Source: Bacillota bacterium (GTDB lineage: Bacteria > Bacillota > Limnochordia > DTU087). From it: a stretch of 64,000 bases of DNA. The position numbers and the translations under genes are program-made. The stretch lies in NCBI GenBank assembly GCA_012798955.1, contig JAAZMF010000131.1, positions 104 to 64,103 on the forward strand, read 5' to 3'. How positions within the stretch are numbered: the first letter of the stretch is position 1; each line of letters begins with the position of its first letter. Shown in pieces: positions 40,303 through 50,185 of the stretch. The notes beneath the pieces were generated by a model that worked only from the letters and a program-made list of their open reading frames with translations, made no database searches and was not told where the DNA came from.

Positions 40303-42978
40303 ATGTCTAGAGGTGAATGTTCCATGCGAAATGGTAATGCTACCTGGTTACTGAGGACTAGTGATCCCTTGAAGGAGACTGCTTTAGTTGACGCACTAGG
40401 TATCTCTAGTACTGTTGCCCGGATATTGGTGGGTCGGGGGATAGATACTCCTCGGTTGGCTACAGAGTTTTTTGATCTGCGGTGGGATGCTTTGCCCTCC
40501 CCGTGGATGTTAGCTGATATGCGGCCTGCTATAGAGCGTTTGGCCAAGGCCATTAAGGAAGGGGAACTAGTTACCATTTACGGAGATTATGATGTGGATG
40601 GTATGACTGCTACTGCCCTTCTGGTGAGGGTGATTCTGGCCTTAGGGGGGCAGGCAGATTATTATATTCCCCGTAGAGCTGATGAAGGCTATGGTCTTCA
40701 TCAAGAAGCATTAGCGGAGATCCTGCCCCATAGCTCCCTTGTAGTCACGGTGGATTGCGGGATAACTGCCATAGACGAAGCCATGTTTGCCAAAGAGTCT
40801 GGTCTGGACTTAATCATCACAGACCACCACCAGCCCTGTGGCGAATTGCCGTCGGCTCTAGCTGTGATTAACCCCAACCGGAGTGATTGTCCATACCCGT
40901 ATAAGGAGCTGGCTGGGGTGGGAGTGGCTTTGAAGTTGGCCCACGCTTTAGCCTTGTCCATGCTTGGATCCGCCGAGAACGCCGATGCTTTGGTAGGCCG
41001 GCATCTTGACCTTGTGGCCTTAGGGACTGTGGCCGATGTAGTGCCCCTGAGGGGCGAGAATCGGATCTTGGTTCATTTGGGGTTAGAGGCATTTGCCAGG
41101 GAATCCGTGGGGCTTCAGGCCTTACTGAAGGTAGCAGGTTTAGATGATGGTCGAGATTTGTCTGCGACTAATCTGGCTTTTGGTTTAGCTCCTAGACTAA
41201 ATGCTTTAGGGCGACTAGATGATGCAAGCACTGGTGTGAGATTGCTATTAAGTGAAGACCCAGACGAGGCCCGGGGGTTAGCCAAGATGTTAGATGAAGC
41301 TAATCAAGAGCGGCGGGCGATTGAGCGGGCTATCACCGAAGAAGCTATGGCACGGGTGGAAGCGGAGCTAGATATGGACGAGGAATGGGCCATCGTCTTG
41401 GCCTCACCTGATTGGCACCCGGGAGTTATTGGTATTGTAGCATCAAGATTAGTTGAGAAATATCACAGGCCTACTATACTGATTAGTCTTCAAGATGAGC
41501 TAGGCAAGGGCTCTGGGCGGAGTATTGAGGGATTTGACATGCATAAGGCCCTAGAAAGCTTGAGCCACTTGCTGGAGCGGTTCGGTGGGCATAAGATGGC
41601 GGCAGGGCTATCGATTAGGGCCCCTTTAGTGGAGGAGCTTCGTAAAGAGCTCAATCAGTTAGCTAGGATGCATTTACGGGAAGAAGATTTGGTGCCTAAG
41701 CTTTCGCTAGATGCCGATGTGGCACTTTGCGAGATTAACCATGCTCTCCTAGAGGAACTTCAAAGCTTGGCACCGTATGGCGCTGGTAATCCGGAACCTG
41801 TACTAATGGTCCAAGACGTGATCCTAGAACGAAGTTACCTTGTAGGAAAGGGACAGGATCACCTCAAACTTTTGGTGTCAGGGACCGATGTTGCCGGTGC
41901 TAGTAGTGATTCCTTTGAAGCTATCGGGTTTAGAATGGGTGACCAGTTGGATTTGGTTGAAGGAGCTAAGCGGGTGGACTTAGCATTTCGACCCAAGATA
42001 AATGAATGGAATGGCAGGGTTAGCATCGATCTTCAGCTAAGAGATGTACGTCTACCAAATAGGGAATTCGTACAGCAGTATCTATGCCGCTCCCTGGCAG
42101 ACTATAAGGAGCTGGGAGTGGGGCAGGGTAGAATGATCTGGGAAAATGCCAAAGGCTGCCAAGGGCCCATAGCCGCCCCGGCACATGTCATTGACTGGCG
42201 GATGGCGGAAGACAGGACCAAGCAGTTGCGAAAGGTGTTGCAGAGCCCTGGTCCTACCCTTTTGTATGTGGCTTGGCCGAGCCATGTTTGGAGCTTAGCT
42301 GAGGAACTTACTGATCAAGGGCCCTTAAGAGGCCGGGTTGGGATTTTCTCGAACCAGTTAGTCGAGACCAATGGGGGTTTGCTGGAGGAACTACTCAGGC
42401 GAAGGGCACTAGATCTAGTGATCACCACAGAGCCTTTGGGTGAGGATTTGGCTTGTTATTTCCCGAAAATCGTATTATATCACTTACCATTGACCCCCAA
42501 GGAGTTTCGATATATGTGGAATCTTGCCCCACAGGAGATTTATCTCGCCTACAGACCGACGGATTTTGAGCTTGTCCGGCGGCTCTGGCCCAAACTATAC
42601 CCGGGGTGGGATGAGCTTGCTAGATTGTACTTGTACCTAAGTCAAAGTGGTGCCTTAGATGTACCTATAGAGGTAAGTGGCAGGGTCTTGCAGGAGGCGA
42701 GGGTAGGTCTGGATTGGGTGGGTTTTTGCCGAGCTTCGCGGATTTTCCAGGAGCTTGATCTAGTGTCCATTGAGGGGTCTTCAAAGTGGCAAGAAGCCGG
42801 TTCTACCATGGTCAGGCTGTTACCGAGCCCCGAAAACAAGCTGGACTTGACTAGTTCCATAAGCTATAATGATTGTGTGAAATGCCGGGATAGTCTAGCA
42901 CGATACGGTCAGTGGGCACTAGAGGTATCAGTGGCTCAGTTGAAGGGGCAGGGGGCCCGGGATAAGATGGTGTTATAG
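40303..42978 (+). CDS. recJ: Single-stranded-DNA-specific exonuclease RecJ (long form)
   Basis: DHH motifs (YGDYDVDGMTA, ITDHH) and DHHA1 (GGHKMAAG). The C-terminal ~300 aa extend beyond the catalytic core. Confidence 0.9.
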   Translation: MSRGECSMRNGNATWLLRTSDPLKETALVDALGISSTVARILVGRGIDTPRLATEFFDLRWDALPSPWMLADMRPAIERLAKAIKEGELVTIYGDYDVDGMTATALLVRVILALGGQADYYIPRRADEGYGLHQEALAEILPHSSLVVTVDCGITAIDEAMFAKESGLDLIITDHHQPCGELPSALAVINPNRSDCPYPYKELAGVGVALKLAHALALSMLGSAENADALVGRHLDLVALGTVADVVPLRGENRILVHLGLEAFARESVGLQALLKVAGLDDGRDLSATNLAFGLAPRLNALGRLDDASTGVRLLLSEDPDEARGLAKMLDEANQERRAIERAITEEAMARVEAELDMDEEWAIVLASPDWHPGVIGIVASRLVEKYHRPTILISLQDELGKGSGRSIEGFDMHKALESLSHLLERFGGHKMAAGLSIRAPLVEELRKELNQLARMHLREEDLVPKLSLDADVALCEINHALLEELQSLAPYGAGNPEPVLMVQDVILERSYLVGKGQDHLKLLVSGTDVAGASSDSFEAIGFRMGDQLDLVEGAKRVDLAFRPKINEWNGRVSIDLQLRDVRLPNREFVQQYLCRSLADYKELGVGQGRMIWENAKGCQGPIAAPAHVIDWRMAEDRTKQLRKVLQSPGPTLLYVAWPSHVWSLAEELTDQGPLRGRVGIFSNQLVETNGGLLEELLRRRALDLVITTEPLGEDLACYFPKIVLYHLPLTPKEFRYMWNLAPQEIYLAYRPTDFELVRRLWPKLYPGWDELARLYLYLSQSGALDVPIEVSGRVLQEARVGLDWVGFCRASRIFQELDLVSIEGSSKWQEAGSTMVRLLPSPENKLDLTSSISYNDCVKCRDSLARYGQWALEVSVAQLKGQGARDKMVL

Positions 42979-43083
42979 GGGCTAGTGATCGGGCTAGGTA
43001 GTAACAATAGCGCTGGATATTTATTCTGGAGGTGAATGTGGCGGGCAATCAGCTAATGTTGGCATGATTGCTCCCATTGCACT

Positions 43084-43602
43084 ATGGACTTATATAGCAA
43101 AATTCGAATTGTATCGGATTTCCCCAAGCCGGGGGTCAGTTTCAAGGACATTACTACCTTGCTCAAAGATGGTGAAGCACTTCGCTATGTGGTGGATCAG
43201 ATGGCTCGGCGATTTGCTGATAGTAACGTGGATGTGATTTTGGGGGTTGAATCCCGAGGGTTTCTCTTTGGCGCGCCCCTGGCGTACAAAATGGGGACCG
43301 GGTTTGTCCTAGTACGAAAGCCCGGCAAGTTGCCATCTAACATCCTAAGGGCCTCCTATGAACTAGAATATGGCTCCGATTCCCTAGAGATCCACGAAGA
43401 TGCCATTGAGCCTGGGCAGCGGGTTCTATTAGTGGATGACTTGCTAGCTACCGGAGGTACTATGGCCGCTGCGGCCAAACTAGTTAACGATCTCAAAGGA
43501 GAGATTGCTGGTTTTGCCTTTGTCGTGGAGCTAACCTATCTAAACGGTAGGGATAAGCTTGGCGACTACGATATTATGAGTATGTTACGTTACGATTCGT
43601 AA
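43084..43602 (+). CDS. apt: Adenine phosphoribosyltransferase
   Basis: 172 aa. PRPP-binding motif VLLVDDLLATGGT. N-terminus DFPKPGVSFKDIT. Confidence 0.95.
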   Translation: MDLYSKIRIVSDFPKPGVSFKDITTLLKDGEALRYVVDQMARRFADSNVDVILGVESRGFLFGAPLAYKMGTGFVLVRKPGKLPSNILRASYELEYGSDSLEIHEDAIEPGQRVLLVDDLLATGGTMAAAAKLVNDLKGEIAGFAFVVELTYLNGRDKLGDYDIMSMLRYDS

Positions 43603-43689
43603 GATTGATTAGTTTCCATTAGGGGATAAACACTCTTTTCCGTTGGTATATCGGGAAAGAGTGTTATGCCATGGGGCGGAGGGTAGACC

Positions 43690-45840
43690 ATGCATATTGA
43701 CAAGTTGCTGGAACGCGTGCTGTACTATAATCCCCATGCTGACCTGCAGCTCATCGAGGCGGCCTACACCTTTGCTGAAAGGGCACATGAAGGTCAGTAC
43801 CGGGATTCGGGAGAGGTCTTTTTCCAGCACCCCTATGAAGTCGCCATGATTTTGGCAGAGTTTGAGTATGATGCCGTTACCATCGCCGCGGGGCTCTTAC
43901 ATGATGTCTTGGAGGATACAGAGGTCACCCGGGAGGAACTCACCGGCCAATTCGGCGAAGAGATCGTTCTTTTAGTAGATGGGGTGACTAAGCTTTCTCG
44001 CATACCTTTTCAGACCCGGGAGGAACACCAAGCCCAAAGCCTGCGGAAGATGTTTTTGGCTATGGCAGAGGATCTACGGGTAGTCGTGATCAAACTTGCC
44101 GATCGCTTGCACAATATGAGAACTCTTAGGCATCTGCCTGAGGATAGGCAAATTCGCTTGGCAAGGGAGACTCTAGAGATCTATGCCCCCTTAGCCCATC
44201 GCCTGGGTATGTGGGGAGTCAAATGGGAAATGGAGGATCTGTCTTTCCGTTTTCTCGAACCCGAGGCGTACTATGATGTGGTCAATAAAATGGCAAAGCA
44301 GCGTAAGGAAAGGGAAGGCGAGTTAGAGACAGTCATAGACACCATCAAAGAAGCATTAGGCGAAGTTGGGGTTACTGGAGAGGTTGCCGGCCGCTCTAAG
44401 CATTTTTACAGTATCTATCAGAAGATGCAAAGGCAAACCAAATCCTTTGATGAGATATATGATCTGATGGCGGTACGAGTCGTAGTAGACACCGTAAAGG
44501 ATTGCTACGGAGTCCTCGGTATCGTGCATACTCTTTGGAAGCCGGTGCCTGGGCGGTTTAAAGACTATATTGCCATGCCCAAATCTAATATGTATCAATC
44601 ACTCCATACTACCGTCATCGGGCCGGAAGGTGATCCCTTCGAGATTCAGATTCGTACCTGGGAGATGCATCGCATAGCTGAAAAGGGCATTGCGGCCCAT
44701 TGGCTCTATAAGGAAGGACAGCAGCGGGGCGCTGTTGAGTTTGAGGAGAAAATGGCTTGGCTACGTCAAGTGATGGATTGGCTCAGGGAGATGAAGGATC
44801 CGGAGGAGTTTATGACGACACTCCGGATTGATCTTTTTGAGGATGAAGTATTCGTGTTTACGCCTAAGGGAGATGTCAAGAATCTACCGGCAGGCTCCAC
44901 ACCGGTGGACTTCGCCTTTAGCGTGCATACCGATGTGGGCCTGCATTGTACGGGAGCTAAAGTCAATGGTCGCATAGTCCCCTTGGATTATCAGCTAAAT
45001 AATGGTGAGTTTGTGCAGATCCTTACATCTAAAACACCCTCCCCTAGCAGGGACTGGCTGAATTTCGTCAAGACATCAAAGGCGAGAAGTAAGATCCGGG
45101 CTTGGCTCAAAGAGCAGCAACGGGAGGGCAATGTTGATAAAGGCCATGATCTTTTGGTAAAGGAATGTCGCAAGCTTGGTTTGGAGCCGGGGGAGGTTCT
45201 AAAAGCCGATGAATTGTTGGAGTTGGCTAAGCGATATGGCCTTGGATCTAGGGAGGATTTATTGGCGTCTGTAGGCCACGGGAAAATTCTACCTCGACAG
45301 GTGGTCACCAAACTAGCAGACCATGAAGAGCAGCCCCAGATTAATCAGCAGACTAAGGCTCCGACACTAGCACCGAGGAGAAGCCGAGTTCCTGCGGGTA
45401 TTAGCGTCAAGGGTATGGATAATCTGTTGATGAGGATCTCCAAATGCTGTAACCCAGTGCCCGGAGACGAAATCGTAGGCTATATTACCAGGGGAAGGGG
45501 CGTGTCCATCCACCGGACCGATTGTCCGAATGTCGCGGCTTTAGCCCAAGAACCTGAGCGCCGCATTGATGTGCAATGGAATGCCGCAGAGGATTCCTCT
45601 TATCCGGTAGAGCTTGCGATAGAGGCCATTGATCGGGTGAATCTGCTCACTTCAATTATGAATACGATTTCCGAAACAAAGACCCATATTGAAGCGGTCA
45701 ATGCCCGTGCCATTGATCATAAAGTGGCACTGATTAACCTGGTTGTAAATATCCGAGATGTGGAGCACATGCATGATATCATGCGCCGCCTCAAACGGGT
45801 GGAAGGTGTAGTGAAAGTGACACGGGCACGTCCCACCTAG
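43690..45840 (+). CDS. relA: Bifunctional (p)ppGpp synthetase/hydrolase (RelA/SpoT homologue)
   Basis: 716 aa. Has an HD domain (HPYEVAMIL...LHDVLEDT), a synthetase domain (YRSLHT-like QSLHTTV), and TGS and ACT domains. Confidence 0.95.
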   Translation: MHIDKLLERVLYYNPHADLQLIEAAYTFAERAHEGQYRDSGEVFFQHPYEVAMILAEFEYDAVTIAAGLLHDVLEDTEVTREELTGQFGEEIVLLVDGVTKLSRIPFQTREEHQAQSLRKMFLAMAEDLRVVVIKLADRLHNMRTLRHLPEDRQIRLARETLEIYAPLAHRLGMWGVKWEMEDLSFRFLEPEAYYDVVNKMAKQRKEREGELETVIDTIKEALGEVGVTGEVAGRSKHFYSIYQKMQRQTKSFDEIYDLMAVRVVVDTVKDCYGVLGIVHTLWKPVPGRFKDYIAMPKSNMYQSLHTTVIGPEGDPFEIQIRTWEMHRIAEKGIAAHWLYKEGQQRGAVEFEEKMAWLRQVMDWLREMKDPEEFMTTLRIDLFEDEVFVFTPKGDVKNLPAGSTPVDFAFSVHTDVGLHCTGAKVNGRIVPLDYQLNNGEFVQILTSKTPSPSRDWLNFVKTSKARSKIRAWLKEQQREGNVDKGHDLLVKECRKLGLEPGEVLKADELLELAKRYGLGSREDLLASVGHGKILPRQVVTKLADHEEQPQINQQTKAPTLAPRRSRVPAGISVKGMDNLLMRISKCCNPVPGDEIVGYITRGRGVSIHRTDCPNVAALAQEPERRIDVQWNAAEDSSYPVELAIEAIDRVNLLTSIMNTISETKTHIEAVNARAIDHKVALINLVVNIRDVEHMHDIMRRLKRVEGVVKVTRARPT

Positions 45841-45917
45841 TTTGAAGCTAGGCGGGGGGAACATGTAGATAAGGTCTGAGTGTCAATGGAGAGTAAATAT
45901 GTGAGGATGTATGATGT

Positions 45918-46385
45918 ATGCGAGCTTTAGTACAGAGGGTTCAACGTGGACAAGTTGAAGTGGAAGGGCAAGTTGTTGGTAGCATTGGATCCGGCTTGGT
46001 GATTTTCCTAGGTGTGGCGGCAGATGATACGGAGTGGGATGCCCTATGGTTGGCTAATAAGGTGGGGAATCTGCGGATTTTCGATGATGGAAATGGCCGT
46101 ATGAATTTATCACTCTTGGACACTGAAGGTGAAGCCTTGGTGATTTCGCAGTTCACGCTATATGGCCAATGCCGTAAGGGTCGGCGTCCTAGTTTTGATG
46201 GTGCAGCGCAACCGGCTGTAGCCGAGGCTTTGTATTTGCGCTTCGCCCACCACCTAGAAGCATTGGGTATACCGGTAGCGACTGGCCAGTTTCAAGCCTT
46301 CATGTCGGTTTCCTTAGTGAATAGTGGGCCAGTTACGCTGTTGGTAGAGTCGGAAGAGGCCCGTCCAAGTCCATCAGGGAATTGA
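45918..46385 (+). CDS. dtd: D-aminoacyl-tRNA deacylase
   Basis: 155 aa. Has MRALVQRV..., the SQFTLYG motif and the NSGPVT C-terminal motif. Confidence 0.9.
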   Translation: MRALVQRVQRGQVEVEGQVVGSIGSGLVIFLGVAADDTEWDALWLANKVGNLRIFDDGNGRMNLSLLDTEGEALVISQFTLYGQCRKGRRPSFDGAAQPAVAEALYLRFAHHLEALGIPVATGQFQAFMSVSLVNSGPVTLLVESEEARPSPSGN

Positions 46386-46423
46386 TAACGGTGAGTCCAA
46401 CAATGGTGAACAGGAGTTTTATT

Positions 46424-47053
46424 ATGGAGATTACAGTGATGGCAGTGATGGCAGTGGGGGCCAATGGTGCCAATTGCTATATAGTCGGCAGGGACCAACA
46501 GGGGATCGTGATTGATCCCGGCTCTGAAGGTGAGCGGATCTTGAAGCTTGTAGATGAACGAGGGCTACAGATAAAGGCAATTATCAATACCCATGGCCAC
46601 TTCGATCATATTGGGGCCAATGACATATTAAGGGCTACCACCGGTGCCCCTTTGTATATCCATGAGCAGGATGCACCAATGTTAACTGATGCAAACAAGA
46701 ACCTAGCCACTTGGGCTGGCATGGGTGAAGTGATTAGCCCTCCTGCAGACAATCTGCTCCACGGTGGTGAAGTCCTGGATTTTGGGGGGCTCAAGTTACA
46801 GATCCTGCACACCCCTGGCCACACCCCGGGTTGTATTTGTATACAGATCGGTGACACACTATTTACCGGTGATACACTGTTTGCAGGTTCTGTGGGTCGA
46901 GTGGATCTGCCCGGCTCGTCCCAGAGCGCCTTAGCTAATTCTTTGCACAACGTGATTTTGGCATTACCTAGTCACATGGCGATTTATCCAGGTCATGGTC
47001 CCTCTAGTACCTTACGGCACGAGAGGGAGCAGAACCCGTTTCTGCAAGCATAA
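46424..47053 (+). CDS. MBL-fold metallo-hydrolase (glyoxalase II-like)
   Basis: Has THGHFDHIG and HTPGHTPG motifs. ATG 46424 lies 7 nt after CAGGAG. The track ORF starts at 46382. Confidence 0.8.
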   Translation: MEITVMAVMAVGANGANCYIVGRDQQGIVIDPGSEGERILKLVDERGLQIKAIINTHGHFDHIGANDILRATTGAPLYIHEQDAPMLTDANKNLATWAGMGEVISPPADNLLHGGEVLDFGGLKLQILHTPGHTPGCICIQIGDTLFTGDTLFAGSVGRVDLPGSSQSALANSLHNVILALPSHMAIYPGHGPSSTLRHEREQNPFLQA

Positions 47054-47093
47054 TGTCGTTTCTTGGACATCACAGGATCCCCCAGTCCTTTGG

Positions 47094-47122
47094 TTGACAG
47101 GGGGTAGGTGATGACATACAAT
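47094..47122 (+). promoter_or_regulatory. Sigma-A-type promoter for the PPIase gene
   Basis: TTGACA(47094-47099)-17 nt-TACAAT(47117-47122). Confidence 0.6.
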
Positions 47123-47177
47123 GAATTTGGTCTTTTATTCTTTTTTGTGGGATAAATAGCGGGAGGGGATATGGTAA

Positions 47178-48758
47178 ATGTTTAGACTGATGCGTGAGCG
47201 AATGAAAGTGATCGTCATCATAGTCGCTGTAGCTTTTGTTGCTACATTGCTCTACGCCGGAGGAGCTAGCTTTTTTGGCGGTGGCGGAGGTACGGCCAAC
47301 GCGGCGTCAGTGGCTCTTGTCAATGGCAAAGAGATTTCCTATGTGGACTTTTACCAAGCGTATTACAGTATCGTGCGTCAACAGGAGATGTATGGTCAGC
47401 CCATTAAGGGCCAGATGATTAGCCAAGCGCAGTACTATGCCTTAGATCAATTGGTCAACCAGCAGCTGCTGATTCAGGCAGCTGATGATGCCAAGATTAA
47501 GGTAGATGAGGCCCTTGTCAATCAGCAGTTCGAAGAGATACAAAGCAATTTCCCTTCCAAGGCCATATTTGAGGAGGAGCTCAGGGGCTCCGGTCTGACT
47601 ACCAAGGAGCTAAAGAATCTCTTGCGGACTAATCTCAAGATTGAGAAGCTACAAGAGCAGATCCTTGCAGATATCGAGGTCAATGAGGCCGATCTCAAGA
47701 ATGCTTACGAAGAAGTCAATGCTCGGCATATCCTGATTAAGCCGGAGCAGGAAGGCGATGAGGCCCGAGATGCCGCTCTAGCTGAGGCCAAGCAGGTTAT
47801 GCAGGAGATAGAAGAAGGCACAGATTTTGCCGTAGCTGCCGAAGCCTACTCCGCTGACACTGGTAGTAAGGCTAGTGGTGGTGAACTCGGTTGGTTTGGC
47901 CGTGGACGGATGGTAGAGCCCTTTGAAGAGGCAGCCTTTGCTGCTACAGTTGGTGAAATCGTGGGACCAGTTGAAAGTCAGTTTGGTTTCCATATCATCC
48001 AGGTGACTGACCGGAAAGAGGCCACCGGCCCCGAATTCGAAGCTGCCCGAGAGGAACTAGAGGGCAAGATTCGAATAAGTAAGGGTCAAGATCAATTGAT
48101 GGACTGGTTTAGGGGATTAAGGGATGCCGCCCAAATCGAGATCAAAGACCCTGCTATGCAGGCCCACAAGTTGACACTTGAGGGTGCTTGGGCAGAAGCT
48201 GTGACCGCGTATCAGGCCGCGATTTTGGCCAATGAAGCAGATCCGTATTTGCATTCCGCTTTGGCCCATGTATATGAGCAGCAAGATGAACTGGATTTGG
48301 CCCTTGAACAATACGAGTTGGCAGCTGAAAAAGCCGGAACTGACGCAGAATTGTGGCTGGTTGTTGGTATGATGCACCAGGAGCGGGAAAATGGTGAAGT
48401 AGCGGTCAAAGCCTATCAGCAGGCTTCTGATGCCGATCCTATGAATTTACTCTTGCATTTGCAGCTAATGGACGCATATAGCAGACTAGGTGAAGATGAA
48501 CTAGTCAAAGTGGAAGAGGGCAAGATTACTGCCATTCAGGAACTTTATCAGGAAAGACAAAAAGCAGCCGATGAGATGCAGCGGTTGGTAGAAGAAGGTC
48601 AGAAGTCCGGGGACGATTCTGATAAGGACACTGAAGAGACAGAATCGGAAGGGGCAGAGCCATCGGAGGATGCATCAGCGGAAGGTCTAGATGCAGCTGA
48701 CGGTCATGATAATTCCCCTGAAGCAGTTGATGCCGACGAGATGGAGCCCGGCGAGTAA
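47178..48758 (+). CDS. Membrane-anchored PpiC/parvulin-type peptidyl-prolyl isomerase with SurA_N-like and TPR-like regions and an acidic tail
   Basis: N-terminal TM helix. Rotamase motif ARHILIK...GGELGWFGRGRMVEPFEEAAF...FGFHIIQV. The C-terminal tail is rich in D and E. Confidence 0.8.
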   Translation: MFRLMRERMKVIVIIVAVAFVATLLYAGGASFFGGGGGTANAASVALVNGKEISYVDFYQAYYSIVRQQEMYGQPIKGQMISQAQYYALDQLVNQQLLIQAADDAKIKVDEALVNQQFEEIQSNFPSKAIFEEELRGSGLTTKELKNLLRTNLKIEKLQEQILADIEVNEADLKNAYEEVNARHILIKPEQEGDEARDAALAEAKQVMQEIEEGTDFAVAAEAYSADTGSKASGGELGWFGRGRMVEPFEEAAFAATVGEIVGPVESQFGFHIIQVTDRKEATGPEFEAAREELEGKIRISKGQDQLMDWFRGLRDAAQIEIKDPAMQAHKLTLEGAWAEAVTAYQAAILANEADPYLHSALAHVYEQQDELDLALEQYELAAEKAGTDAELWLVVGMMHQERENGEVAVKAYQQASDADPMNLLLHLQLMDAYSRLGEDELVKVEEGKITAIQELYQERQKAADEMQRLVEEGQKSGDDSDKDTEETESEGAEPSEDASAEGLDAADGHDNSPEAVDADEMEPGE

Positions 48759-48781
48759 CACTGACCAGAATCCGACCTGGC

Positions 48782-48812
48782 AGAGTGGCGGGTAACCGCC
48801 ACTCTTACTTAT
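48782..48812 (+). terminator. Terminator hairpin after the PPIase gene
   Basis: Perfect 10-bp stem AGAGTGGCGG-GTAA-CCGCCACTCT (48782-48805), followed by TACTTAT. Confidence 0.6.
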
Positions 48813-48855
48813 AGCTAGTAATAGCATTTGAACAGGAATTCCCTATGGATAAGAG

Positions 48856-50178
48856 ATGAACAGACAGACATGTCAAGAAGAGGATGTGTTGGACTTGTTA
48901 GCAAAAACCCCCCGTGGCACAACAGATATCCTGCCAAGTGCCAGCCTCCTATGGCAATACATTGAAGGACAGTTGGCGGAGATTTTCCGGCTGTTCGGCT
49001 ATAAGGAAATCCGTACCCCCATTTTCGAAGAAACAGAACTATTTGAACGGGGAATCGGGGAGGCAACCGACATTGTCGAAAAGGAGATGTATACTTTCGC
49101 TGATCGGGCCGGACGTAGCCTCACCCTAAGGCCGGAGGGCACAGCCCCGGTGGTAAGGGCGTATTTACAGCATAAGCTCTATGGTGAGCCACAGCCCATC
49201 AAGGTATACTATGTGGGGCCCATGTTTAGATATGAGCGACCCCAAGCTGGCCGCTCCCGTCAGTTTCATCAGTATGGCGCGGAAGCGTTAGGCACCCAGG
49301 ATCCGGCAACCGATGCTGAGATGATTGCCATTCCTATGGAGTTGTACCGCAGGCTAGGCTTGGAGGAACTCCAGGTTGAGTTAAATAGTATCGGCTGTCC
49401 TCTATGCCGAGATGAATATCGCAAGTATCTAATAGAAGCATTAGGGCCTAAAGCAGATGAGCTTTGTGGCGATTGCCAAAGGCGGCTTTCCCGTAATCCC
49501 TTGCGTGTGCTAGACTGCAAAAGCGAATCCTGTAACGCAGTCAAGGTTGGGCTAAAATCTATCCATGATTTCCTCTGCCGCGAATGCCATGATCACTTTG
49601 AGCAGGTCAAGGCTTATCTTGATTTATTGCAGGTTCCCTATGCGATCAATCCCAAGCTAGTGAGGGGCTTTGATTATTACACCAAGACAGTGTTCGAGAT
49701 CTTGTATCACGATCTAGGGGCTCAATCGGCAATCGCAGGTGGGGGTCGCTATGACGGGTTAGTTGAAGAGTGCGGTGGCCCAGCCACAGCTGCTGTCGGT
49801 TTTGCCGCCGGCATGGAGCGCTTGATCTTAACCTTGGAGGATAAGGGTTGGCGCCCACCAATTGCAGATTGCATTGATGTATTTGTGGCCGGGAGCAAAG
49901 AGGCGAGGACAACAGTAGTAGATACGGTTTTCCGGCTACGGGCCTTGGGGTGGTCTGCGGAAATGGATTACAGTGACCGAAGCTTGAGGGCACAGATGAA
50001 ATCCGCTAATCGGTTGAATGCCACTTGGACAGTAATCATCGGTGAAGAGGAATTAGCTAACAGGCAGGCATTGGTGCGACATATGGCTGATGGGCAACAA
50101 GAAGCAGTGCCTTTCGATGCAATTCATGATTGGCTTCTACAGCAAATAGATAATAGCTGTCAGGGAGTAAAGGAGTGA
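48856..50178 (+). CDS. hisS: Histidine--tRNA ligase
   Basis: Has PRGTTDILP and the class II motifs (FRYERPQAGRSRQFHQ, GGGRYDGL). The real start may be TTG 48889 or 48895, downstream of AGAGGA. Confidence 0.9.
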   Translation: MNRQTCQEEDVLDLLAKTPRGTTDILPSASLLWQYIEGQLAEIFRLFGYKEIRTPIFEETELFERGIGEATDIVEKEMYTFADRAGRSLTLRPEGTAPVVRAYLQHKLYGEPQPIKVYYVGPMFRYERPQAGRSRQFHQYGAEALGTQDPATDAEMIAIPMELYRRLGLEELQVELNSIGCPLCRDEYRKYLIEALGPKADELCGDCQRRLSRNPLRVLDCKSESCNAVKVGLKSIHDFLCRECHDHFEQVKAYLDLLQVPYAINPKLVRGFDYYTKTVFEILYHDLGAQSAIAGGGRYDGLVEECGGPATAAVGFAAGMERLILTLEDKGWRPPIADCIDVFVAGSKEARTTVVDTVFRLRALGWSAEMDYSDRSLRAQMKSANRLNATWTVIIGEEELANRQALVRHMADGQQEAVPFDAIHDWLLQQIDNSCQGVKE

Positions 50179-50185
50179 CATTGGC

